Position numbers and translations under genes: made by a program | DNA from: Candidatus Oxydemutator sp. | GTDB lineage: Bacteria > Pseudomonadota > Gammaproteobacteria > Poriferisulfidales > Oxydemutatoraceae | DNA: 64,000 nucleotides | NCBI GenBank assembly: GCA_965203445.1 | Contig: OZ241883.1 | Location: 672,001 to 736,000, forward strand | Reading direction: 5' to 3' | Notes under the pieces: generated by a model | Told to the model about the DNA's origin: nothing | Seen by the model: the letters and a program-made list of their open reading frames with translations, nothing else | Database searches by the model: none | Part shown: positions 54,801 to 60,151 of the stretch, in pieces | How positions within the stretch are numbered: the stretch's first letter is position 1 | Layout of the letters: each line of letters begins with the position of its first letter

Positions 54801-55874
54801 GGCCACCAGATGGTAGCCCCCGGCAACGGACGGCACGTGGAACAGGAGGGCATTGTTCCCCATCCCCCCATTGTCGTCCTGCGCCAGCAGGGTACTCCCG
54901 TCCGGGTCGCGTAGCCCGAGAACGGGATCGGGAAGCGTGCCCTTTCCGGTGTCGGTCCCCTGCAATTCAAACCAGTAGCGCACCCCGGCTTCAAGGGTTA
55001 TATGAAACCAGTCCTCATCGTCCGAGGCGTCTATGCTACCGGTCGCGCTGCTTCCCACGGCGAGAGTCTCCGTCGGGATCAGCGCAGCCGACAAAGTGTA
55101 GGTTCCCGCCGCCCCTCCATTCCCGCTTGCCGAAGAGACGGCCACGTAATAAGTTTCGGTCCTAGTCGTCGAGCGGAACAAGCGGGCATTGTTCCCCACC
55201 CCGCCGCCCGTGTCTTCCGCCACGCGATTCCCATCCGAGTCGTAAAGCGCAACGGTAGGGGTGGAAAGCGTGCCTTTCCCGGTGTCGGCCCCCTCCAGAT
55301 CGAACCGATACAGTCCGGCTCCGAGGGTCGTGGCAAACCAATCCTCGTCGCCCGCAACCTCTATCTCGCCGACAACGCTTTCCCCTGCGGCAATCATCGC
55401 AGTGGTGTCGCGATCGTCGGGGAAATCATCGCCTACCGCAGCCGACATGGTAAAGGTGCCAAGGTTCACGGAGCTTCCAGGCGCGGCCTCGGCAGTCAGG
55501 TAGTGGAGTCCGGCACTGGCGGGTCTGTAGAACAGACGGGCGTTTCTTGCCTCGCCGCCGTCGTTGTCCGACGTTATGCCGCTCCCAGCCGAGTTGCGCA
55601 GCCCGAGAAAAGGATCGGGAAGCGTGCCTTTCCCGGTGTCGGCCCCCTCCAGGTCGAACTGATAGGGTACTCCGGCCTCAAGGGTTATGCGAAACCAGAG
55701 CTGCTGGCCGCTGCTTGCTATAGTGCCGGTCGCGCTGCCCCCTACGGCAATTGGCCCAATAATCTGCTGGGCGTGCGCCGGCGCCACGGCAATGACAAGA
55801 GACAGCCCCAATGACGATAACAGGCTACGCATGCCCCTCACGTAACTGCCGGGCGTTCGGTATCTTTTCCGCAC
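42894..55874 (-). CDS. Giant secreted repeat protein A (4326 aa): signal peptide, 3 PPC-like domains, 2 PKD-like domains, 7 GLUG/Calx-beta modules, C-terminal dockerin-like domain
   Basis: ORF track. Leader MRSLLSSLGLSLVIAVAPAHA-QQ (AxA site; alternative ATG at 55832). Three WF..TL.AG..Y.F.L.G.DTGKGTL repeats. 7 VATTSQL motifs between ~54110 and ~45420. Confidence 0.92.
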   Translation of the reverse strand: MRKRYRTPGSYVRGMRSLLSSLGLSLVIAVAPAHAQQIIGPIAVGGSATGTIASSGQQLWFRITLEAGVPYQFDLEGADTGKGTLPDPFLGLRNSAGSGITSDNDGGEARNARLFYRPASAGLHYLTAEAAPGSSVNLGTFTMSAAVGDDFPDDRDTTAMIAAGESVVGEIEVAGDEDWFATTLGAGLYRFDLEGADTGKGTLSTPTVALYDSDGNRVAEDTGGGVGNNARLFRSTTRTETYYVAVSSASGNGGAAGTYTLSAALIPTETLAVGSSATGSIDASDDEDWFHITLEAGVRYWFELQGTDTGKGTLPDPVLGLRDPDGSTLLAQDDNGGMGNNALLFHVPSVAGGYHLVAAPAAGATGTYTLSAEEAVAPTAHAGPDQDVSEGAVVTLDGAASSPRNELLRYGWRQTGGATVALRDAAARSTTFLAPTQLVNDETLEFALVVTDVRGLSSPVERQLSGQTTNTVVITVRAGANDAPMADAGSDLIAGKGGVVTLRGGAVDPEGEDVTYRWRQTSGTVVVVTGATSETATFLAPQVVETLGFELTVADARGATGVDTMTVEVRDRMDYDVDDDTLIEVATTSQLAAIRHDLGGAGLAGVSSANEAAYRAYLAAFPLFGEIQTCPSTCTGYELSAGLNLSGLNWTPIGGAATTLGERLRNPYSAVFEGNGHVISNLTITRNDRRLYSMGLFGVVSDVGVIRNVGLRNARVSVGNNSLYIGALVGRNEGKVAASYVSGGSVSGDQAVGGLVGSNSGQVVASYADVEVIAGINTGGGLIGAGNAGSVVSASYSIGEKTGIKIGGLIGARAATAAIESSYFDGELSGQSSCCGTNPPSPDNAPKTSSDLFGPTTAAGTLYEGWDKLNVDGVDQRGDGDYNDDGPWDFGTSLDYPVLVFGGATETVAMRRTSQQEAQPEVSLAPTLAGSATVSEGEAASYVVSLPVVMPAGVSARWDWTVGGGEVGVADFVGTTGVVVIASGASSASFSVRVFDDDVAELSEVLVVTLTGARLAGAPARVSVGVPVSVRTTIEASDQMDYDADDDNLIEVATTSQLAAIRYDLGGAGLAGVSSANEAAYRAYRAAFPHYDEMETCPGTCAGYELSADLDLSSVNPAPGPGWTPLGGGVPRAVPGDAYTAVFEGNGHVIRNLRVARDGEWQIGLFGRVGAGGVIRNVGLHNARVEMGGDSLFIGALVGDNEGEVLASYVIGGRVSGNAGVGGLIGGHYAGRLVASYADVEVHADGANVGGLIGEAGGASVVSASYSVGRVTGIYPIGGLIGNRVAGAVVESSYFDRERSRQGGCCGSRASHQLRTPTTAVGTLYEGWDKLNVDRVDQGGDGDFNDDGPWDFGTAFDYPVLVFGGATDTESARRTLQQEAQPEVILAPTLTGSPTVSEGETASYQVSLPEALPAGVSATWNWSVGGEVGTDDFVGATTGDVVIASGAVSASFSLEVRDDTDAESFETMVVALSNARLAVAGVPARGVRLGVPAPVRTVIDPSDGVEKDYDVDGDTLIEVATTSQLAAIRHDLDGAGLAGVSSANEAAYRAYRKAFPFFDEASCPRACTGYELSADLDLSGIADWTPLGGGGTPVAYTAVFEGHGHVISNLRMSGGGVYGTGLFGIVGADGRIRNVGLRNAQVAVGHIYVGALVGRNRGKVAASYVSGGRISGSFRVGGLIGGNDGRLVASYADVEVHASIGQVGGLVGEASVASVVSASYSVGETTGGSRVGGLIGRRVASAGGGQFGVTIIAAVESSYFDKERSLRSSCCGTNAHGLDDVVAKTSSDLILPTTAMGTIYEGWDQLNVDDVDQGGDRDYNDDSPWDFGSAFDYPVLVFGGATDTEVARRTSQQQAQPEVSLTPTFAGSAGVSEGGTASYVVSLPEALPAGVTASWNWAVGGNQVSTDDFVGATSGSVVIASGASSASFSVRVRDDVITELSEVMVVALSDAILTGAPARVSLGVPLPVSTAISPSDGVGRDYDLDDDTLIEVATTSQLSAIRHDLGGAGLAGVSGDANRAVYLAAFPFFEQTQTCPGASCTGYELSADLDLSSIPDWTPIGGGGSDEIPNDDAFPQDYSDCIAQTGDVVDQTGHTRVCWVSEETPPVDYYYTAVFEGNGHVISNLRMDRDGRWWHMGLFGAVNANGIIRNVGLRNARVSLEDGGSSYIGALVGRNEGKVAASYVSGGRISGVFGVGGLIGGHYGSLVASYADVEVQADGRNVGGLVGEVAAASVVSASYSIGETAGGSRVGGLIGGYDIRPLLLNYADVLQSSYFDGQRSGQSSCCGRNPPSPDNTSRTSAELFSPTTAAFTIYEGWEQLNVDDVDQGDDGDLNDDAPWDFGTVFDYPVLVFAGATETMAMRRTSQQQAQGVILVPTLAGSETVSEGGTASYVVSLAGGGLPVATSRVCTTLGCVDMIMPQPLLPGVSAHWDWSVGGGEADAADFVGTTGSVVIPSGAVSASFSVAVRADGVSELSEVMVVTLSNARLTGVPAHVGLGVPLAVRTTIEASDQIDYDDDGDTLIEVATTSQLAAIRYDLGGVGIAGVSGDANRAAYLAAFPFFGDGQTCPSTCTGYELSNDLDLSDVEPAPGAGWTPIGGGVRLEDLPGDVYTAVFEGNGHVISNLRVVRSGRWFLVGLFGRVGADGRVRNVGLRNAQIDLGRDSESAGALVGTNGGKVAASYVSGGRISGGISVGGLIGINGGEVVASYADVEVHAGGANAGGLVGSDSSEGAVTASYSIGRPTGVSANGLIGSRVTGSVVESSYFDKERSGLSSCCGRNSPDPDHTPRLSAELLFPTTAAGTIYAGWDQLNVDDVDQGRDGDYNDDAPWDFGGVFDYPVLVFGGATETEAVRRTSQRQARPEVILTPTLAGSATGQEGGIASYVVRFSGALPAGVSASWNWSVGGGEVDADDFVGTTVGSVVIAAGAASASFVLRVRADGEIEMPEVMVVALSNARLAGAPQGVALGVPLPFRTTIEFNDGTDYDEDDDGLIEVATTSQLAAIRYDLGGAGIAGVSSANKSAYFAAFPLFGAPQTCPSTCTGYELSSDLDLSGLNWTPLGGDSGNPRRGPGLRDADYYSAVFEGNGHVISNLTMTRKGDSYYMGLFGAVSAGGVIRNVGLHNARVELAPFALGGGGDGGDHVGALVGRNEGKVAASYVIGGRVFGVETVGGLVGGNFGVVVASYADVEMYVESGPTGGGLIGGSAVGSVVSASYSVGATTGYIDPSNIARGIPSGLIGSKAIAAVVESSYFDTGRSGQSRCCGNSVPSPDNTPQTSNQLRAPTTAAGTIYAGWDQLNVDDVDQTGGDDLNDDAPWDFGTVFDYPVLVFGGATETMAMRRTSQQEAQPAVILAATLTGSVTVSEGEAASYVVSLPEALPTGASVRWDWVVGGDEVSIADFVGTTGVVVIGSGASSASFSVEVFDDTIPELSEVMVVTLSSAMPTGAPARARLGVPVSVRTTIEASDEIDYDDDNDGLIDVATTSQLAAIRYDLGGAGIAGVVGKANRLAYFAAFPVFDEKQTCPSTCTGYELSADLDLSSVEPAPGPGWTPIGGGGDSLLDNYYTAVFEGNGHVISNLRVARGGRLSHTGLFGAVSAVGTVRNVGLRNAWISLGDHSTNTGALVGRNEGKVVASYVSGGRISGVWAVGGLIGGNYGRLVASYADVEVHTAEGANAGGLVGEAGGASVVSASYSVGKPTGATAGGLIGNRMVGAVVESSYFDRERSGQSDCCGSNVPSPDNTSKTSNQLRAPTTATGTIYAGWSRLNVDGLDQGRDGDFNDDAPWDFGSVFDYPVLVFGGATDTQAARRTSQQQTQPEVDFAPTLTGSTVVAEGGTASYVVRLPGALPAGASARWSWAVGGEVDADDFVGTTAGSVVIAPGAASASFVLRVRADGVIEPPEVLAVTLSSARLTGAPADVRLGVPSTVARTTIAINDPITVAARSATVSEGTTATFTITLRGGGDRAVVVEYEITAVSEGLTHEDLATVNVEGRAASARSVGSLPFAGSVTLNETGTATIAVRVASDQLENEERERFRLRLTGCPNCVTHVAELGTPSFADVNVRDPRSILVDARVVLQGALLAETRRMRSDLAGLLPRRQPYGASPWNYPATTTVPHVGTAAGLAGVTSAIVDWVLVELRTGQSAAAAASSRPLAGGRATGLLLSDGRIAGINEAASVADASLLDGVRFELKPPEGEDLYVLIHHRNHLPVMSSAPVVAATGTDCEADYCVDFRVGQSHGDGQVEMGAGLHAMVAGDLDRNGVIDERDEALIRVYNLTSLGAVGYRAAAAAAHYTVDADLDFDGEVLSADRYFVIENKDRRRTISIQ
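54760..55750 (-). repeat. Three tandem PPC-like (pre-peptidase C-terminal) domains in gene A
   Basis: Three copies of G.I...G/D..xWF..TL.AG..Y.F.L.G.DTGKGTL..P...L....G....D..GG...NA.LF. Plus-strand tttcc(c)ggtgtcgg appears near 54945, 55275 and 55630. Confidence 0.75.
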
Positions 55875-55932
55875 TCATTGATTCCAGTGATGGCCAGTGT
55901 CGCCTCGCTGCACGGGCGGCGTCCGACTGCGG

Positions 55933-55979
55933 AATATACCACGAAAACGCCAGTTTCCTTATGAAATGCGGGAACTGGC
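55933..55979 (-). promoter_or_regulatory. Putative extended -10 promoter (TGGTATATT) for the giant-gene array, with an adjacent imperfect inverted repeat
   Basis: Minus-strand TGnTATATT at 55941-55933, ~60 nt upstream of gene A. gccagtttcc-N11-gggaactggc at 55949-55979. No good -35 box. Confidence 0.35.
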
Positions 55980-56126
55980 CCTGCTCCGAAGGGAAAATAC
56001 TGTCATCGGACACTCTGCGCCACGTGCAACCCCAACGGGGCTTGTACAGGTGGACCGATGAAATGGGGTTTTTAGAGATTCCCTTATGACAGAGGAGGCA
56101 GCTCGACGTATAAAAAGAATCCCGAA

Positions 56127-56612
56127 CTATCGGTATGTTCGCAAGCTTACACTTTCGAAGTCGAAGGGCATTTGTCCTTTTTGGTCACGTTTAGACTCCC
56201 TTAGAATCGGCACAAGCGTGACCGACTGCAACGGGCCTTTGTCGCAAACACGTTTCAGCGATTGGGTGATGGGCACTACTATGCGCTGGCGGGTCAGCGG
56301 ATGCTGAGTCACCAGTGGCGCGCCAAGCATGGGTCGGGGCACGTCACAATGGCCGTCTCCGCCGAAGCAACCACCGTGGCCAAACACCGTGAATTTTCCC
56401 GCGTAGCCGGCGTCAGCGATGCATTTTGTATCGCAGTTCGCTTGCTTGTTGTTCAAGTAAATTCGCACTTCATAGGAAAGCGTGCCGTGGTCAACCCCCA
56501 TGAAGATCAAATCAGCACGAGAAAACCTCATCTCCCCATTTTCCGGCGATTTGAAGTTCAGATCCGCGTGGCGAACCTCGTTATTCACACCTGTCTTTTT
56601 TTGTGGTTCCAT
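56127..56612 (-). CDS. Hypothetical protein (~161 aa), probable tyrosinase-associated beta-sandwich (C-terminal/shielding-domain-like) protein
   Basis: ORF 56127..56627; ATG at 56612 is preceded by GAGGAAGG. Motifs SYEVRIYLNN and YAGKFTVFGHGGCFGGDGHCDVP resemble the YAGxF C-terminal domains of type-3 copper proteins. Lies directly after the tyrosinase fragment. Confidence 0.7.
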   Translation of the reverse strand: MEPQKKTGVNNEVRHADLNFKSPENGEMRFSRADLIFMGVDHGTLSYEVRIYLNNKQANCDTKCIADAGYAGKFTVFGHGGCFGGDGHCDVPRPMLGAPLVTQHPLTRQRIVVPITQSLKRVCDKGPLQSVTLVPILRESKRDQKGQMPFDFESVSLRTYR

Positions 56613-56623
56613 ATAACCCTTCC

Positions 56624-56815
56624 TCACTGAACGACTTGAATGGCGTACTCATAGCCGAGTCTAGCAATATCGAGTGTTTGGGCAACCGTCATGGGAAACG
56701 GCGACAATACAGTGTCCAACATATGGTCCGGGGGATTCTGGCCATGCTCACTGTTCTGCCACAGATACCAGAGGCGGTCTATCATAGAGTGATGAGACCA
56801 GAAAATCGGATCAAA
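56624..56815 (-). pseudogene. 5'-truncated tyrosinase / type-3 copper protein (end of CuB site and C-terminus only)
   Basis: FDPIFWSHHSMIDRLWYLWQ matches the tyrosinase CuB signature DPxFxxHHxxxDxxWxxWQ, followed by LSPF and LGYEY. Upstream, this frame is merely an alternative frame of mpl with no CuA. Confidence 0.85.
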
Positions 56816-56817
56816 GG

Positions 56818-58194
56818 TTATTCGCAAAAAACCGCCCGCAACTTTTCGCGCAACGTTGCGTGCACGCCGCCGAAGTCTCCGTTGGACATTACCACCACGT
56901 GATCTCCTTCGGCGGCCTCGGCGATCACCGCCGCGACCAGTTCCTCTATTTCCTCGTGCACCGACCAGTGCGGTTCGGTGCGTGCGAGCGTCTTCTCGGG
57001 CGACCATTCCAGGTCCTTCGGGCGGTAGAAGAACAGGCGGTCGGCGGCGGCGAATGACGCGCCCAGGTCGTCGTTGTGGCGACCGGCCCTCATCGTGTTC
57101 GAGCGCGGCTCGAAGACCGCGAGCACGCGGCCCGGCGCTTCGGTGCGCTCGCGCACCGCGGCCAGGCTCGCGCGGATCTCGGTCGGGTGGTGGGCGAAGT
57201 CGTCGTACAGCGTGACGCCGCCGATCTCGGCTATGACCTCGAGACGCCGGCGCACGCCGCCGAACGATTCAAGCGCCTCCAGCGAGGCGGCGACCGGCAC
57301 GCCGACGCGGTAGGCGGCGGCCACGGCGCCGACCGCGTTGACGACGTTGTGGACGCCGGGCAGCGACCAGTTGCAGACGCCGGCGTGTTGCCCCAGGTGG
57401 CGCACCGCAAAACCGCCGCCGTCGGTCGCGCGTCCCTGCCAGTCGGCGGCCTCGTCGTCGAGGCCGAAGGTCTGCAACTCCGACCACAGCCCGCGCGCCA
57501 GCACCGAGCGCAGACGTTCGTCGCCGGCGCGGGTCACCACCAGAGCGCTCGCGGGCAGCGTCCGCAGCAGGTGGTGAAATTGCGTCTTGATGTTTTCGAG
57601 GTTATCGAAGACGTCGGCGTGGTCGTATTCGAGGTTGTTCAGCACCAACACGCGCGGGCGGTAATGCAGGAACTTCGAGCGCTTGTCGAAAAACGCGGTA
57701 TCGTATTCGTCGCCCTCGATCACGAACGAGTCGGACTGGCCGACGCGCGCCGAGACGTCGAAATCGGCCGGGGCGCCGCCAATCAAAAACCCCGGCGCCA
57801 TGCCCGCAAACTCGAGGATCCAGGCGAGCATCGCGCTGACGGTGGTCTTGCCGTGGGTGCCGGCGACGCACAGCACGCGGCGCTCGCACAGCACCTCCTC
57901 GGACAGCCACTGCGGGCCGGATACCAGCGGCGCGCCGCGTTCGAGCAGCGCCTCGACCAGTTCGTCGCCGCGCGCCAGCGCGTTGCCGACGACGTAGCGG
58001 TCGTAACCGGCGGCGGCGGCGGCGCGACAGCCGGTGTCGAACGTGATCCCGAACCTCGCCAGCTGCTCGCTCATCGGCGGCCACGCGCCGCGGTCGCAAC
58101 CGCCGACGTCGTGGCCGAGTTCGCGCGCGATGCACGCAAGCCCGGCCATGAAGGTGCCGCAGATGCCGAGCACGTAGACGCTGCGCTCAGGCAT
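56818..58194 (-). CDS. mpl: UDP-N-acetylmuramate:L-alanyl-gamma-D-glutamyl-meso-diaminopimelate ligase
   Basis: LGICGTFMAGLA, VAGTHGKTT, FVIEGDEYDTAFFDKRSKFLHY, YDDFAHHPT, FEPRSNTM, MSNGDFGG. Confidence 0.97.
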   Translation of the reverse strand: MPERSVYVLGICGTFMAGLACIARELGHDVGGCDRGAWPPMSEQLARFGITFDTGCRAAAAAGYDRYVVGNALARGDELVEALLERGAPLVSGPQWLSEEVLCERRVLCVAGTHGKTTVSAMLAWILEFAGMAPGFLIGGAPADFDVSARVGQSDSFVIEGDEYDTAFFDKRSKFLHYRPRVLVLNNLEYDHADVFDNLENIKTQFHHLLRTLPASALVVTRAGDERLRSVLARGLWSELQTFGLDDEAADWQGRATDGGGFAVRHLGQHAGVCNWSLPGVHNVVNAVGAVAAAYRVGVPVAASLEALESFGGVRRRLEVIAEIGGVTLYDDFAHHPTEIRASLAAVRERTEAPGRVLAVFEPRSNTMRAGRHNDDLGASFAAADRLFFYRPKDLEWSPEKTLARTEPHWSVHEEIEELVAAVIAEAAEGDHVVVMSNGDFGGVHATLREKLRAVFCE

Positions 58195-58720
58195 GAATCG
58201 CAAGCGACAGCACCAGGCTGCCCGCCATGTAGAGCAGCGCGAGACCGACGGCGAACGCGGTGCGCACCTCCAACGCGTGGCGCAGTATGTGGCCGATGAC
58301 GCGCACGATCCAGATGAACACGGCCAGATAGACCAGCGCCAGCATCGCGCCCGGCGGCGCCCCGGCGCCCGCCTGCCCGCCGCTGCCGAAACCCAGCTGC
58401 ACCGCGAAATAATTCAGCGGTATCAGAATCGCGTTGAACAACGCGGCGCTGCCGGTCATCGCAGTCGCCGACTGCACGAAGCGCTCCGGGAAACGAAACA
58501 ACGCGAGCACGGTATAGAAAAACACCAGCAGAAACGCCAGTTCCGCGGCGACGTCCAACCACACGCGATCGGAGACGCCGGCCACTTGCGCGGACACCGC
58601 GCCGCTGACCGCAAGCAGCGCGCAAAAGGACGCGAGCAGGCGCGGCGATACCGGAAAATCCTGCGGCGCGGCGCGCAACAGCAGCAGCGACCACGCCAGG
58701 CGTATCTGCTCCGTCATCAC
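58187..58720 (-). CDS. Hypothetical inner-membrane protein (177 aa)
   Basis: About 5 hydrophobic segments, LLRAAPQDFP motif, host-like GC, overlaps the mpl start. Confidence 0.8.
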   Translation of the reverse strand: MMTEQIRLAWSLLLLRAAPQDFPVSPRLLASFCALLAVSGAVSAQVAGVSDRVWLDVAAELAFLLVFFYTVLALFRFPERFVQSATAMTGSAALFNAILIPLNYFAVQLGFGSGGQAGAGAPPGAMLALVYLAVFIWIVRVIGHILRHALEVRTAFAVGLALLYMAGSLVLSLAIHA

Positions 58721-58776
58721 CAGACGCCCGGCCGCGGTGCCGGAGCGGCGGCGTCGCGGCGCGTCGTCACGCGCGT

Positions 58777-59580
58777 TCAGCCGCGCGTGAACACCCAGTC
58801 CGTTTCATCGGAGAGGCGCGCGTCGAACGCATAGCCGCCCTCGCAAAAGCGCTTGATCGCGGCGACGTCGCGGACGCGGTTTTTGACGATCCACGAGGCC
58901 ATCATGCCGCGCGAGCGTTTTGCGGTGAACGAGATGACCTTGTAGCGGCCGTTCTTTTTCTCCTTGAATACCGGCGTGACGACGCGCGCCTTGAGGCGTC
59001 GCGGCCGGATCGCGCGGAAATACTCGTTCGACGCGAGGTTCACCAGCACCGCTTCGCCGCGCCCGAAATCGCCGTTCAACTGCTCGGTAATTTTGTCGCC
59101 CCAGAAGTCGTAGAGGCTGACGCCCGGCTTTCCGGCGGCGCGCGCGCGACCAGCGGCGGCGCCGTCAGGTAGCTTCACGCCCATCTCCAGGCGGTACGGC
59201 TGAATCAGGTCGAGCGGTTTCAACACGCCGTAGAGACCGGACAGCACGCGCACGTGGCGCTGCGCGAAATCGAGGTCGGCGGCACCGAACGATTCGGCGG
59301 CCAACCCCAGATAAACGTCGCCGCGAAAAGCGAGCAGCGCCTGCTTGGCGTTGCCCGGCGTGAACGGTTTTTTCCACTCGCGGTAGCGCGCGACGTTCAA
59401 GTCCGCGACCTTCTGGCTGACGCCCATCATGCGTTGCAAGTCGGCCGCCGACAATTTTTTCATCCGCCCGACCAACTTCTGGGCGTCGTCCAAAAACGCC
59501 GGCTGCGTATGCTTGCGCACGCCGGCGGCCTCGAAGTCCAGGCGTTTCGACGGCGACAACACGATTATCAGAAAACTCAT
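58777..59580 (-). CDS. yaaA: Peroxide stress protein YaaA (DUF328/UPF0246)
   Basis: LSPSKRLDF, AFRGDVYLGL, LSGLYGVLKPLDLIQPYRLEMG, LVNLASNEYF, SFTAKRSRGMM. Confidence 0.96.
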   Translation of the reverse strand: MSFLIIVLSPSKRLDFEAAGVRKHTQPAFLDDAQKLVGRMKKLSAADLQRMMGVSQKVADLNVARYREWKKPFTPGNAKQALLAFRGDVYLGLAAESFGAADLDFAQRHVRVLSGLYGVLKPLDLIQPYRLEMGVKLPDGAAAGRARAAGKPGVSLYDFWGDKITEQLNGDFGRGEAVLVNLASNEYFRAIRPRRLKARVVTPVFKEKKNGRYKVISFTAKRSRGMMASWIVKNRVRDVAAIKRFCEGGYAFDARLSDETDWVFTRG

Positions 59581-59679
59581 GCGACAATTATATAGGCAAC
59601 CTGCCCCCGATCCCGATGGTGCATTTTTGTATAATTCCCCTATAAAAGCAACATATATCCGTGAACCTGTTGTTCTGAT

Positions 59680-59713
59680 ACATAGAAAAGGGAGTGTCCT
59701 AGAACACTCCCTT
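59680..59713 (-). terminator. Intrinsic terminator downstream of the 94-aa orphan gene
   Basis: Minus strand reads AAGGGAGTGT-TCTAGG-ACACTCCCTT (perfect 10-bp stem, 59713-59688), continuing into TTCTATGT, 22 nt after the stop codon. Confidence 0.75.
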
Positions 59714-59735
59714 GATTAGGCTTTCTTTATGATAG

Positions 59736-60020
59736 TTAGTTACGTAGTTTTTCTATCTTACCTAACTTTTTGTTTATTTCTCTGAATTGGAGACTAGTAT
59801 TATCTCTATCTGTGTCAACTGCCTTCCTCAAAGAAACCAGTTCCTCATTCGTTTCTCCTACTAAAGACACAAGACTATCATGGTCATCTTTTGTAGGGAG
59901 GTTTTGGACCGCCTCTGTGATAACGTCCCTGAAAGCTTGAGCAAGTACATCAACGCTTCCATTAAGCTTTTTCTTCCCGTCAGGTTTTCTCCTTACTGAT
60001 TGTTTTTTCTTTGTTGCCAT
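59736..60020 (-). CDS. AT-rich hypothetical protein (94 aa) with basic N-terminus and coiled-coil C-terminus
   Basis: ATG preceded by CAGGAAA and followed by its own terminator. KKKQSVRRKPDGKKK, LPTKDD, heptad-like tail. Confidence 0.75.
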   Translation of the reverse strand: MATKKKQSVRRKPDGKKKLNGSVDVLAQAFRDVITEAVQNLPTKDDHDSLVSLVGETNEELVSLRKAVDTDRDNTSLQFREINKKLGKIEKLRN

Positions 60021-60151
60021 TTTCCTGTTAAAAAGTTTGTTGTTTTCCGCCTTTTAATAGGCGGAACCGGCATAATATACCAACTGGTGGTTTTAAGCAA
60101 AAAAGAATGGATTTTCTTTATAATTTCAACCCGCTCAATAAAAGCAGCCGG

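Noticed and set aside
708-55814. Many long plus-strand and alternative-frame ORFs (up to 664 aa) within the array
   Set aside because: Arg/His/Ala-rich shadows that repeat with the modules. They are expected from GC-rich codon bias opposite real genes and show no domain motifs.
1-55874. Diversity-generating retroelement as the source of variation
   Set aside because: No reverse transcriptase or TR/VR pair is seen, and the variation includes indels and does not look adenine-restricted by eye. A remote DGR cannot be excluded.
56624-57007. 127-aa ORF as a complete protein
   Set aside because: The N-terminal half is an off-frame reading of mpl; only the last ~63 codons are tyrosinase-like.
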